A stretch of DNA of 64,000 nt from Epithemia pelagica (taxonomy: Eukaryota; Protista; Bacillariophyta): positions 3,162,001 to 3,226,000 of the forward strand of contig OX337228.1 in the NCBI GenBank assembly GCA_946965045.2, read 5' to 3'. The position numbers and the translations under genes were made by a program. Below the pieces are notes generated by a model. That model was not told the DNA's origin. It made no database searches and worked only from the letters and a program-made list of their open reading frames with translations. Shown in pieces: positions 52,131 through 61,766 of the stretch. Within the stretch, counting starts at the first letter, position 1, and each line of letters begins with the position of its first letter.

Positions 52131-54968
52131 ATGACTTTCACCGATCTTCCTCCCTTTTTGAAGAATCCTCCCTCTTCCAAAGCAACGAGTTCTGTGGCTG
52201 GTCGTGCCAGTTCCCGTTCTTCGACGCCGATCCCCGGCGATCCGAAAGAGCCGACTGCTTCCTCTCATGGTCCCGACGATGGATTCTCTGACTCCGATAT
52301 CCAAGATCTCGCCTTCCCTCCGAAAGGCAAGACGACATCGGACTCGAAAGGTTCTTTGAAGTCGACAAGCTCCTCCAAGAAAGTTGATTCGACGAAAGCC
52401 GCCCTCAAGGCCGCCTTCACGGATTCGACTCTTCTCTCCGACGATCCGCCTCCTGTCTCTCAAGATGACGACGATACTCCCAAGAAGACTCTGAGCGAAG
52501 AAGTCATCCCCGATGAAACCTTCGACGAAGCTGTCACCCCTTCTGACACTCCTTCTGCGCCTCCACGTCGATTCGAGTTGTACTTTGCCGACGGTTTTCC
52601 TCCTTCCGATGACGATGCCTTTGCTTCTCTGGTTGAAAGCGCTGCCAAGGTCAATCCGGTTGATTGGTGTGACTCTTTCTCCAATCCATTTCACATCTCC
52701 CTTGCTTGTGACAATGAGATTTGGAAACGTCTCTGTTCCTCTTTTGATCGCCTCTCTACTGCACAAGACCTTCATATTTGGTTGTCCTCCAAGATCAAGC
52801 TTAGTTCCCTTGCCTTTTTAGGCGCCTCCCGTTCCGGTCGTCCCTTGGTCCTCCACAACGTCTTCTCCCCTGAAGACTGTGGCACACTTGTCAATCCCAC
52901 GTTGACATTTTATGCCCTTGATCGAAAGACGTTCGATTCTCCGCCCTTCGAGATTCCCCAAGAAGATATGTCCGAGATCATCCGCTCCTCCATGCATCGG
53001 AACGTGCCTACTTTTGAAGAAATCATGGCCCATTGCGTTATTGAGCACAATCCTCCTCTCGACGCGGACCATCCCAATTTCTTCTTCGACCCCGAGAGTT
53101 TGAAAACTCTCCTCCCAGCCTCCCCCTCCAAGCGCGATCAGGAACACACCTTTTCCAGCTCTAGTTGGTGTTTGATTCCACCCGCTCTAGCTGGTTTGAT
53201 TGTTAGGAACTTCGACCCTTCCACCTTTGATCGCGACGAGTCCTGTGGTGCCTTTGCCAGCGACTTATACAAGACAGCACTCTATCACTGGTGGACATTG
53301 ACTCAAGTTGACTCTGCATCCCCCAGTGACAAGAGCGTTCCACTCGACTACCCACTTCTAGCCATTCAAGCCCCCTTGTTTCGCTTTTTGTGGTTGCTGG
53401 AACACAAACGTTCTTCTCTCACGGTGACTCATCCTTCCCTCCCGAACGATTTGAACCGTGCTGTAGATTGCCTTTCCGTTCGAAATACGCACATGTTTCC
53501 GACACTTTTCTCTTTTGTCGAGTCCCCGACTCCGAAACGATCCAACTCAACCCCCAAGCACTCGAATCCCCATCCCTCAACCACCACCACTCCGTCACCC
53601 CATTCGACATCGACCGATTCGACGACTCCCATCCTCGCATCCTCCCCACCGGTTGATTGTTCCAATTCTCCGTCTGGTGTCCGTGTGCTTGATGATGACG
53701 GCAACGTGCATTTCGTGTCTCCGGAAATGTTTCTTCTTTCCAAATGTATAAAAGAAGCCACATCGAAGAAATCCCCAACCGAAGACGATATTACAGCGCC
53801 CGAATCGAAGAGCATGTTTCGCGACATGCCGCTTCATGCACAGAAGCACCTTCGTCTGAGTGTTATAAATCGTTCCCATTCAAGCCTTCCCGACGAATTG
53901 ACCGACATCATAAAGACTGTTTGGAAATCGAAGAACTCTTCTACCTTCTTTGAGTCTTTTGTCGCTGAAGTATTTGATCCCACCGATAACGCCTGTACCA
54001 TTCTACTCGGTCAGTGCGCTGTTATCCAACGCTTGGGACTTTGTTGGAAATCTGAAGCCTCCCCAGGAGGCTTCAGCCCCTTTTCCTTCGACCCTTATGC
54101 CATCCCAGGCATTGACTCGTCCCACACCCTCGACAAGAACATAAGACAACAAATTCACGATGCTTCTCTCTGCCACCTGAACGAGATGAAGCAATCCAAA
54201 GAGATGCAACAACTTTATACAAACCATAATCTGTTCTTCCCTCGAACGGAAGACGAGTTCGAAAAACAACTCCGTTCTTTTTGGTCGTGCTCCAAGGGCC
54301 TTTGTGGAGCCACATCCTTCATCTCTTCCCAGATATTGAAAGTTTTGAATTTTTTCCACCAACATCGATACCTCATCATCGCGAAGATGCAAAGTTCAGG
54401 CAACGAGTTCTACTTCGGCCAAATCCTTTTTGGCGTCGACGAAGCTATCCAAGAGTTTGTGGGAACGTTGAGCAAAGCTCAGCAGATTGACGACATCGGT
54501 TTCGACGATTTGGAGAAGCGCATCAATTGGCTCCTTTTTACCATCAAGACCGGTGCTCCTCTTGGTGGCCTCCCTGCAGCCCTCCAAGCAAAATTCCAAG
54601 CACAACAATCGAAGAACAATTCCTCCAAGAAACGTTCCAACCCTTCCGATGATTCCTCCTCATCCAAGAAGCAGAATCAATCATCGTCCGGCACTTCGAT
54701 CCCCAAGACCGCTACCACATTCGACATTCCCTCCAACTGGAAGATTCCCAAAGGAAAAGCGTACGCCAAGATCTTCAAGCCATCGGTGATAGCCAACATT
54801 CCTTCGATCGAAAAAGACGGAGAACAGCTTCCCTTCTGCAACGTCCTCTTCTCAAAAGGGTGGTGCCGAAAAGGAAAGAAATGTGGCTACTGCCATGATG
54901 ACCCGGCCAAACACGACAAGAAAACCGCCATGGACGAGTATTTCAAGTCGGCTTATGAGACAGCCTGA
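52131..54968 (+). CDS. YR-retrotransposon ORF1, gag-like, with C-x8-C-x5-C-x3-H zinc finger
   Basis: 945 aa from ATG 52131; CNVLFSKGWCRKGKKCGYCH near the C-terminus. Confidence 0.75.
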   Translation: MTFTDLPPFLKNPPSSKATSSVAGRASSRSSTPIPGDPKEPTASSHGPDDGFSDSDIQDLAFPPKGKTTSDSKGSLKSTSSSKKVDSTKAALKAAFTDSTLLSDDPPPVSQDDDDTPKKTLSEEVIPDETFDEAVTPSDTPSAPPRRFELYFADGFPPSDDDAFASLVESAAKVNPVDWCDSFSNPFHISLACDNEIWKRLCSSFDRLSTAQDLHIWLSSKIKLSSLAFLGASRSGRPLVLHNVFSPEDCGTLVNPTLTFYALDRKTFDSPPFEIPQEDMSEIIRSSMHRNVPTFEEIMAHCVIEHNPPLDADHPNFFFDPESLKTLLPASPSKRDQEHTFSSSSWCLIPPALAGLIVRNFDPSTFDRDESCGAFASDLYKTALYHWWTLTQVDSASPSDKSVPLDYPLLAIQAPLFRFLWLLEHKRSSLTVTHPSLPNDLNRAVDCLSVRNTHMFPTLFSFVESPTPKRSNSTPKHSNPHPSTTTTPSPHSTSTDSTTPILASSPPVDCSNSPSGVRVLDDDGNVHFVSPEMFLLSKCIKEATSKKSPTEDDITAPESKSMFRDMPLHAQKHLRLSVINRSHSSLPDELTDIIKTVWKSKNSSTFFESFVAEVFDPTDNACTILLGQCAVIQRLGLCWKSEASPGGFSPFSFDPYAIPGIDSSHTLDKNIRQQIHDASLCHLNEMKQSKEMQQLYTNHNLFFPRTEDEFEKQLRSFWSCSKGLCGATSFISSQILKVLNFFHQHRYLIIAKMQSSGNEFYFGQILFGVDEAIQEFVGTLSKAQQIDDIGFDDLEKRINWLLFTIKTGAPLGGLPAALQAKFQAQQSKNNSSKKRSNPSDDSSSSKKQNQSSSGTSIPKTATTFDIPSNWKIPKGKAYAKIFKPSVIANIPSIEKDGEQLPFCNVLFSKGWCRKGKKCGYCHDDPAKHDKKTAMDEYFKSAYETA

Positions 54969-57900
54969 CACGATACCGGGTTGATTGTTCCGTCTTCCTC
55001 TTCCCCCATCACCACACCTTCATGCGACTCTCAACCCACTAGATCTAATACATTAGTTGTCGAGTCTTCCACCTCTTCGAAGTCCTCGACTCCAGCATCC
55101 ATCGACGTCATCAGACCATCCTTCCTCCCACCCATCGCACCATCCTCCTCATCCATCATGCCAGCCATTCCGTCAACAGCGAATCCGTTCTTCACCGAAC
55201 ACCCCTCCAATCAGTACTCCAGGAATCCAGGATCCATTCGGAAATCCATTGCACCCGCAATCAAGATTTCAGTCCCACCAAGAAACACTCATCACGATAC
55301 AAAATTTTCCCAACGTCGATCCCCCAAGGACCCATCGACACCCTCACATAAAGACTCTACCCCATCCACGACTGCGCAGGGCGAGCAACTCGTCCTCCCA
55401 AGACCCCCAAGTCCCCCAAAACCAGCCTCACATAATGACAGATCTCTTCCAGGAAGTGAAACTGCTATTATCGGCTCAGATTTCTCCGGCCAACCCCTAG
55501 CTCGAAACGTCAGACGTCTCGAACAAGCACATCGCGCCGACAAACAACTATTAGGTGAGTTACAAGTTCTACCGTTCCAGTCTCCTTCCCAGCCGTTCTC
55601 CAAGCTCTACCTTCCAAATGACGTATCCAAGATCTTCTCCACAAGACTACGCCCACCTCCACTCCATCCAGTGACCCATCCCATCGAGCTACCCCTTCTC
55701 CAAGCCATCAGTGATCGCGAAGAGCTTACACCCATGCCTTCCCCATTCCGTCACAGTATCGATCCCGAAGACGTCATCCACAACGCTGAGTTCAACTCCA
55801 GGTTGATTGCCGAATATGACATGGACATGCAAAAACTATTCGACCATCATCCGAACAACATCATCACACCAGGATCCGAATTTCGTCCAGCGGAGATTCT
55901 TCAACCACTTTTAGAAGGACACCCTTACTGGCCTCGACTCCATCGCCTGCTCACCCACGGCGTTGCCTATCCACTCAAGGCAGTCGAGTACGAACCCGCC
56001 AGAAGAGCCGAAAATGACGCCATACTCATGTATGGCAATCATGCATCCGGCAAGAAACACCCGGAGGCACTCTCCAAAGTGCTCAGAAAGGATGCCGCAA
56101 ATGGATTCTCCTTGCCAATCACATTTGATTGTGCGCGCAACATAAAACACAGCCGAATCAGCCCCATGGGTGTAGCACAACAATTCGGTATAGACGCTCA
56201 CGGCGATCTAGTCCCCAAGGACAGACTTACCCACGACCAGTCGTTTTCCTTGGGCCATTGCCCATCTACCAACGAGTTGATTGATCAATCCCAGTTGATT
56301 GACCTCGTTATGGGCCATTGCCTCGATCGAATCATTCACCAAATTGTTGCATTGCGATGGCACTTCCCCACGGACCGAATTTTGATCAGTAAATTTGACT
56401 GGTCCTCAGCCTACCGCAGAATACACGGCGACGGCGACGTCGCAGCCCGCAACATCACGATCGATCCATCCAACGAGTTCGCGCACTTGAACCTCCGGCT
56501 CACCTTCGGCGCCGCCGCAAATCCAGCCGAATTTTCGATCGTCTCTGAAATCAGCATCGATCTCTGCAATGACCTCGCAGATTTCACCGACTGGACCCCA
56601 GCACATTGTGAATCACCTCTGCAAGCCGGCGTTGGCCCACCAGAGTACATCGACTCAGATGACGATCCAGCTCCAGCACACGAACTTGCCGTCGCCGTAC
56701 CCCCACGTCCCCACGGATTTCATGACTCCTATTTGGATGACATGATACAACTCTTTTTGGCCACCCCAGCAAACATCCAACGATGTCCCTCCATCGTACC
56801 GTTGATTGTTCATATGATGACAAGGCCAGTCGCTCCAGACGAACCCATCCGCCGAAAAGAAATGCTCGAAGCCGACAAATTGACTGCCGAGGGCGCTCCA
56901 GCAGAATTGCAACGTGTGTTAGGATGGATGGTCGACACACGTCGACTTCTCCTCAGTCTGCCATCCGAAAAGAAGATTGCATGGACCAAGGAAGTCAACC
57001 ACCTCCTCAAGACCCGACGAACAACCTTCGACGCCTTGCGCAGCCTCGTCGGCAAGCTACAACACTCCATCAAGGGCATCCCCCTGGCCGGGTTTTGGTT
57101 GTCGCGTCTCCGAGAGTATCAAACATTTCTCGAACGTTCTTTCCAACAGAAACAAGCCAAACGACGAAAACTCGATGAGACCAATGACGACACCAACAAA
57201 ACGGACTCCCGTCCTCATCCTCCCACTCGAGACACTCCCCCTCCGTTCTACCGATACACCATTCCGGAATCCCTCATTCCAGACCTCCAAATGTGGCCAT
57301 CCCTTTTGGCACATTCCAATGAAGGTGTCTCCCTCAACCGACTGGTTTGTCGCGTACCAACACATTTGTTTCACGCAGACGCATGCCCTGAAGGGATGGG
57401 CGGTTACTCTGTGCGGTCGGGCCGAGCTTGGCGCTGCCAACTGGACACCACGAAACTTGATGAACTGAAGAACATCGCGGATTGCGATCCTCATCGATCG
57501 AACAATCTCTTCGAATTCATCGCAATTGTTGTTTCCATCTGGGTGGATTGCTGGTTTGGAGAAGTGACTGCCGACGACGCTGTCCTTGCCCTGTCAGACA
57601 ACTCCTCTGCTGTCGGATGGATGCACAAGACATCCTTCGGTTCCGACAAACCACTCCACGTAAAAGTAGCAGACAAACTAACTCGACTTGTTCTCGATCG
57701 AAAATTCGCCCTCCAATCCGAGCACATCCCTGGCAAACAGAACGATGTGTCAGATTTGTTATCTCGTGCATGGCATCTCGACGACAACGAACTCACCTTA
57801 TTTTTGCATGAACACTTTTCGCCGCAGATTCCAAGGAATTTTCACATCAGACCCCTTCCCAGCGAAATTTCATGTTGGATCTGCTCAATCGTGCCAGTGT

Positions 57901-58286
57901 TTCACGAATCTTCTACGGCAAGACCGAAGGATCTCATCAGAAACGCGACCAATGCTGGAAACGGTGGACAGGCCACCTTGAACGAATTGGATTCAACGGC
58001 GACCCCTTCCCCGACTCCCTCCCAGCGACCAACCACAAAATCGCCATCGCATGTTCCTTCCTACAACGTCTCCGCGATGCCGACTTCACGCAGAACCGTG
58101 ACAGCTCGAACCCTCTTCGAGCGAGCACTATTACGCAAGCCATTGGAGACTTGGCATCGAGCTTCCGGCATCACGACCGGCCGAGCCCCTGCCACAGTCA
58201 AGACGGGCGCCTACACCCACTCGTCTCCTCCCTCAAGCGCGCGTGGGAGAATCTCGACCCTCCCGAAAAACGAGAAAAAGCTATAA
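54969..58286 (+). CDS. YR-retrotransposon ORF2, reverse transcriptase + RNase H; first ATG at 55158, frame open from the ORF1 stop
   Basis: RLTHDQS, KFDWSSAYRRI, LTFGAAANP, YLDD, VLGWMVD; RNase H DACPEGMGG, FEFIAI, SDNSSAV, HIPGKQNDVSDLLSR. Confidence 0.9.
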   Translation, partial: HDTGLIVPSSSSPITTPSCDSQPTRSNTLVVESSTSSKSSTPASIDVIRPSFLPPIAPSSSSIMPAIPSTANPFFTEHPSNQYSRNPGSIRKSIAPAIKISVPPRNTHHDTKFSQRRSPKDPSTPSHKDSTPSTTAQGEQLVLPRPPSPPKPASHNDRSLPGSETAIIGSDFSGQPLARNVRRLEQAHRADKQLLGELQVLPFQSPSQPFSKLYLPNDVSKIFSTRLRPPPLHPVTHPIELPLLQAISDREELTPMPSPFRHSIDPEDVIHNAEFNSRLIAEYDMDMQKLFDHHPNNIITPGSEFRPAEILQPLLEGHPYWPRLHRLLTHGVAYPLKAVEYEPARRAENDAILMYGNHASGKKHPEALSKVLRKDAANGFSLPITFDCARNIKHSRISPMGVAQQFGIDAHGDLVPKDRLTHDQSFSLGHCPSTNELIDQSQLIDLVMGHCLDRIIHQIVALRWHFPTDRILISKFDWSSAYRRIHGDGDVAARNITIDPSNEFAHLNLRLTFGAAANPAEFSIVSEISIDLCNDLADFTDWTPAHCESPLQAGVGPPEYIDSDDDPAPAHELAVAVPPRPHGFHDSYLDDMIQLFLATPANIQRCPSIVPLIVHMMTRPVAPDEPIRRKEMLEADKLTAEGAPAELQRVLGWMVDTRRLLLSLPSEKKIAWTKEVNHLLKTRRTTFDALRSLVGKLQHSIKGIPLAGFWLSRLREYQTFLERSFQQKQAKRRKLDETNDDTNKTDSRPHPPTRDTPPPFYRYTIPESLIPDLQMWPSLLAHSNEGVSLNRLVCRVPTHLFHADACPEGMGGYSVRSGRAWRCQLDTTKLDELKNIADCDPHRSNNLFEFIAIVVSIWVDCWFGEVTADDAVLALSDNSSAVGWMHKTSFGSDKPLHVKVADKLTRLVLDRKFALQSEHIPGKQNDVSDLLSRAWHLDDNELTLFLHEHFSPQIPRNFHIRPLPSEISCWICSIVPVFHESSTARPKDLIRNATNAGNGGQATLNELDSTATPSPTPSQRPTTKSPSHVPSYNVSAMPTSRRTVTARTLFERALLRKPLETWHRASGITTGRAPATVKTGAYTHSSPPSSARGRISTLPKNEKKL

Positions 58287-59242
58287 CAATCAAGCATCTA
58301 CGTTTTATGTGGACTATATGCTGTTGTCCCAAGCGCAAGACCGACTCCACCACCATCATTCGCATCGAATTCAATGTTGTCTCCTTCAAAGCATGCACCG
58401 CCGATCTCACTTGCTGCGCCTACTTCTTCGGCTGTCGCAGCTGCGAGTATGTGACGGTCCCCTCTCGAGGGAAAACCAAATTACTCACCATTGGTGACAT
58501 CATCTTCACCACGATGAACAAAAACCACACCATCCCAGCCAACCACCCCCAATTCCAAGAACTCGCACGATTCATCTCCATCACATTCGTCGAACAGAAA
58601 AATAATCATAAAGCAGAAACCCGCACCCAAAGCCGCACCAACGATCCCCTCTTCGACCCCGTCCTCCTCTGGGGACGCGTCGTCCGAAGGATCCTCCACT
58701 ACCGCCCGAACGCCCCACCAACGACACCGGTTAATTGTTGGTTCGATCCAGAAAACCCACAGAAGAAACCACGATTCATCCGTCAAGAAGACGTCCGCGA
58801 TTTACTCCGATCAACTTGCACACAAGGGGGAGGAAAACCAGCTTTCGGCTACGAAGCCATGGACATCGGCACTCATTCCATCCGCTCTGGTGCCGCCATG
58901 GCACTCTTCTTGGCAGACTGCTCGGTCACAAAGATCATGATACTCGGACGATGGAGTTCGACTGCCTTCATGAAATACATTCGTCCACAGGTCCTCGAAT
59001 GGACCACGGGCATGGCACAGCTCATGCTGACCACCCAAGACTTCCGCCACATGGATCACACAACCGCCCAGTCAAGAACGGAATCGTTGGAACGACTTCG
59101 GAACCGCCTTGACAACATCCTTGAACCAGCTCTTCAAACAAACACAGAAACGGCGATGGAATCGCCGGAAGAAAACCTCTTTAACCACAATGGCCAGGGA
59201 CTCATCAACCAGTTCCCCAACATATCATTCCTCGACTTCTAA
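57872..59242 (+). CDS. YR-retrotransposon ORF3, tyrosine recombinase
   Basis: Catalytic set present: GCRSCEY (R), HSIRSG (H-x-x-R), LGRWSS (W), MKYIRP (Y); overlaps the 3' end of ORF2 by 415 nt. Confidence 0.92.
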   Translation: MLDLLNRASVSRIFYGKTEGSHQKRDQCWKRWTGHLERIGFNGDPFPDSLPATNHKIAIACSFLQRLRDADFTQNRDSSNPLRASTITQAIGDLASSFRHHDRPSPCHSQDGRLHPLVSSLKRAWENLDPPEKREKAITIKHLRFMWTICCCPKRKTDSTTIIRIEFNVVSFKACTADLTCCAYFFGCRSCEYVTVPSRGKTKLLTIGDIIFTTMNKNHTIPANHPQFQELARFISITFVEQKNNHKAETRTQSRTNDPLFDPVLLWGRVVRRILHYRPNAPPTTPVNCWFDPENPQKKPRFIRQEDVRDLLRSTCTQGGGKPAFGYEAMDIGTHSIRSGAAMALFLADCSVTKIMILGRWSSTAFMKYIRPQVLEWTTGMAQLMLTTQDFRHMDHTTAQSRTESLERLRNRLDNILEPALQTNTETAMESPEENLFNHNGQGLINQFPNISFLDF

Positions 59243-59769
59243 TAGAAGTCGATCCATAACATGTCAGTCAACCGATCAATGGACAATGGTATGGAGCCAT
59301 TCTCGGTTCTGAGGCCTTCGGCAAAACTGTGTGTCTGATTGTAGTTTCATATCTTTTAGGAAACCTCAACGGACAAAGTTTTGACTGACTTGCGATCTCT
59401 CGGACAGACTCAAAACGACACGTGCTCAGGATGTGTTCGTAGTGTCTCTTCGTGGTGCGATTGGTGATGGCCCAGTCATCGAGTCAGGGGTCTTAGTCAC
59501 GAATCACTGGAAGACGCCACTGAGTCGCGGTAGAATGTTTGAAGTTGACACAAACCCTCCGTCGGTGCCAAAGATACCCTTTGGCTCGACAGCTGCTTCC
59601 GAGGTATCTTGTGAATGACCTTGTTGTTGTAGTCGTTGTTATCATCATCATCTGTCATCTGGTTTCCATTCCAAAAGAATCTCTGCGCTTCTTTCCGCTC
59701 ATTGCTCACACTCTTTGACTGTGCTCATTCTTTGCTTGTTGCTGTTGCCGATCGTTTCGTGTTACCATC

Positions 59770-60027
59770 ATGTCCGGCTCGTCGTTCTTCTTGTTTGCTT
59801 CCATGATTGTGGCCGCCCTCATGACGGCGGCCGCCTTCATGCCGGTTGTCCCTCCTTCGGCTCGCATGGTCACCTCACTCCAACCAAAGTTCCTCAAGGA
59901 TTTGGGCTTTGAAAAGCCTTCGTGGCTTCCCGACTTTGGCAAGAAAGAAGAGACACCGGCTCCCGAAGCCGAAGAAGATTCGACAGAAGAATCCGAAGAG
60001 ACTACTGCGGAAACCACTGAAGAATAA
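59770..60027 (+). CDS. Small plastid-targeted protein of unknown function (85 aa)
   Basis: Hydrophobic signal peptide, AAF-MP (ASAFAP-type) site, transit peptide, core KFLKDLGFEKPSWLPDFG, acidic tail. Confidence 0.7.
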   Translation: MSGSSFFLFASMIVAALMTAAAFMPVVPPSARMVTSLQPKFLKDLGFEKPSWLPDFGKKEETPAPEAEEDSTEESEETTAETTEE

Positions 60028-61766
60028 GATGCTGTCCACCAGGGATTTGCTTATCAGGGAACGAAACTGTGTTCGAAACTAGAAGAACAAATACTATAGT
60101 CGAAACTTATGAGAAAAAAAAAGAAAGAAACAAGACATTAAACAGCCACGAACAAAACGTTACTTCAGAACTCTTTTCTTACGACCTTCATCACTACGTG
60201 AGATTGTTACCTATGATATCATTCTACAATCGACCCTCAAGAGCAGGAAAACAGAGTATGGCTTCCAAATCATCGCGCCACCAACGAGAACAAAGGAGGA
60301 TCACATCGGTACGCATTCAAACCAACAGGCCTTCCATGAATCAACGACCATGACTCAGTCAAGCTCATAATATGCCAAATCACGCGAAAGGGTTTGTTTC
60401 ACATTGCATCTACTTCCTCATCCAGTAAATAGTATTAAAATAACCACTTTCTTAGCGAGGGACAAATCCATTGTTGGCATGATCTTGATTCAATTGCCTG
60501 TTTCGAACCTTTCTGCAAGAAACTCAAGAACTACAAATTTCTACGAGTATGTCTCTTCTTCGTCTGTGCTACCCATGGGAGTGCATATTGGAAGTAACGT
60601 GTCATAGAGCGTCTTTGTCCGTTGTCCTGTGTCTTTTGCTTTTGTGGACGAACAGGTGATAACAATGCACGGAGTCTATGCTCTATACGGACTTGTAGCC
60701 TCCCTCCAGATACCGAGAGGGAGTCGTCTTACGCGGCCAACCGTGATTTTGGCGGGCTGTGAAGTAGAAGAAGCGTTCGAACGTGGACCGAGCAAGTTGC
60801 ACATGAGATGAAATATCGGAGACGCACACATGAGATGCTACGAGCGTGAAGCAGTCGCTCTGCTTTTTCTGAGAAGGTCATGCTCATTCCATATCAATCG
60901 TTGGGGGAATGGAAAGATGGCTTGCGCGTAAAAGATGCCTTGGGTAATATGTATGGCGTTAACTAGACGTTATTGATACATGTGTGTTAATGTGAAAAAA
61001 GAATCGTTCGGATGAGTGAGTGGACTTGCCAGTGTACAAATACTGTATGAAATATGGCGATGTGTGGCGCGCTCAGTGAGCGACCGACAGTATTGTGAGG
61101 GTGGATGCAGACGGCTGATGCTTTGTGTTGCGAGTTGAGGTGCACACTTTCGTGGACGGCCCGGCGGCATTTGGGGAGTATAGTTTGGCTGCGGTGTGAG
61201 TTTTGCAGAGTGGAGTAAAGTAGTGGCGATGCGGTCGGTGGCAGCTCTCTCAGCGAAGAGAAGACGCCTAAAAGAAAAGCAGCGCCACAACAAAGAGGCA
61301 CACCAGAAAACGTGCGCTTGGGAGTTGCATTTAGAGAGTTTAGCGATGGTCTTGCGTTGTTTTTAGTTTCGCTGTCATCAGTTATCTCGATCGACTCAAC
61401 GCTCCCCAAGGAAGGGCCTCCCTTCTCCTGAAGCAACAATCTCCACTTGCCCCGTCTATAGGAAGCCGTCCTTGTTAAGGGACAAGCGGGACCATGACGT
61501 CGAAGGTAAGGAACTGCTTACTTCGTGCCGCAGTTTCATAATCATTTTGAAGTTTACGTGAAGAACAGTCGTGATAACCTGGCACGTCACGTCGCCCGTA
61601 GCCATTGAGTGACCCGCTGTAGTAGCAACTGTGCCGTTTTCCTTGGTGTAGGCAAGCTCAAGGTGACAGTCTTTGCTTCGTCGCTTCATCTCTCAACCTC
61701 TTATTATTCTTCACTTTCATTTGACCGTGTTGTTCGGATCTATTTCATCAGGAGGAGCAGACGGAC

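Larger units (their letters stand above)
51700..59620 (+). mobile_element. Tyrosine-recombinase retrotransposon (Ngaro/DIRS-like), apparently intact; boundaries approximate
   Basis: gag-like, RT/RNaseH and YR ORFs in that order; no methyltransferase domain after RNase H; C-rich plus strand unlike flanking genes. Confidence 0.9.

Noticed and set aside
51807-52775. 322-aa antisense ORF over the 5' end of the retroelement
   Set aside because: No real start or recognisable motif; expected shadow of a C-rich, Ser/Pro/Asp-rich sense frame.
60029-61760. 1.7-kb gap with short minus-strand ORFs, one containing an AT-hook-like PGRPRK
   Set aside because: No coherent gene model and no match to the retroelement ends; cannot be supported from sequence alone.
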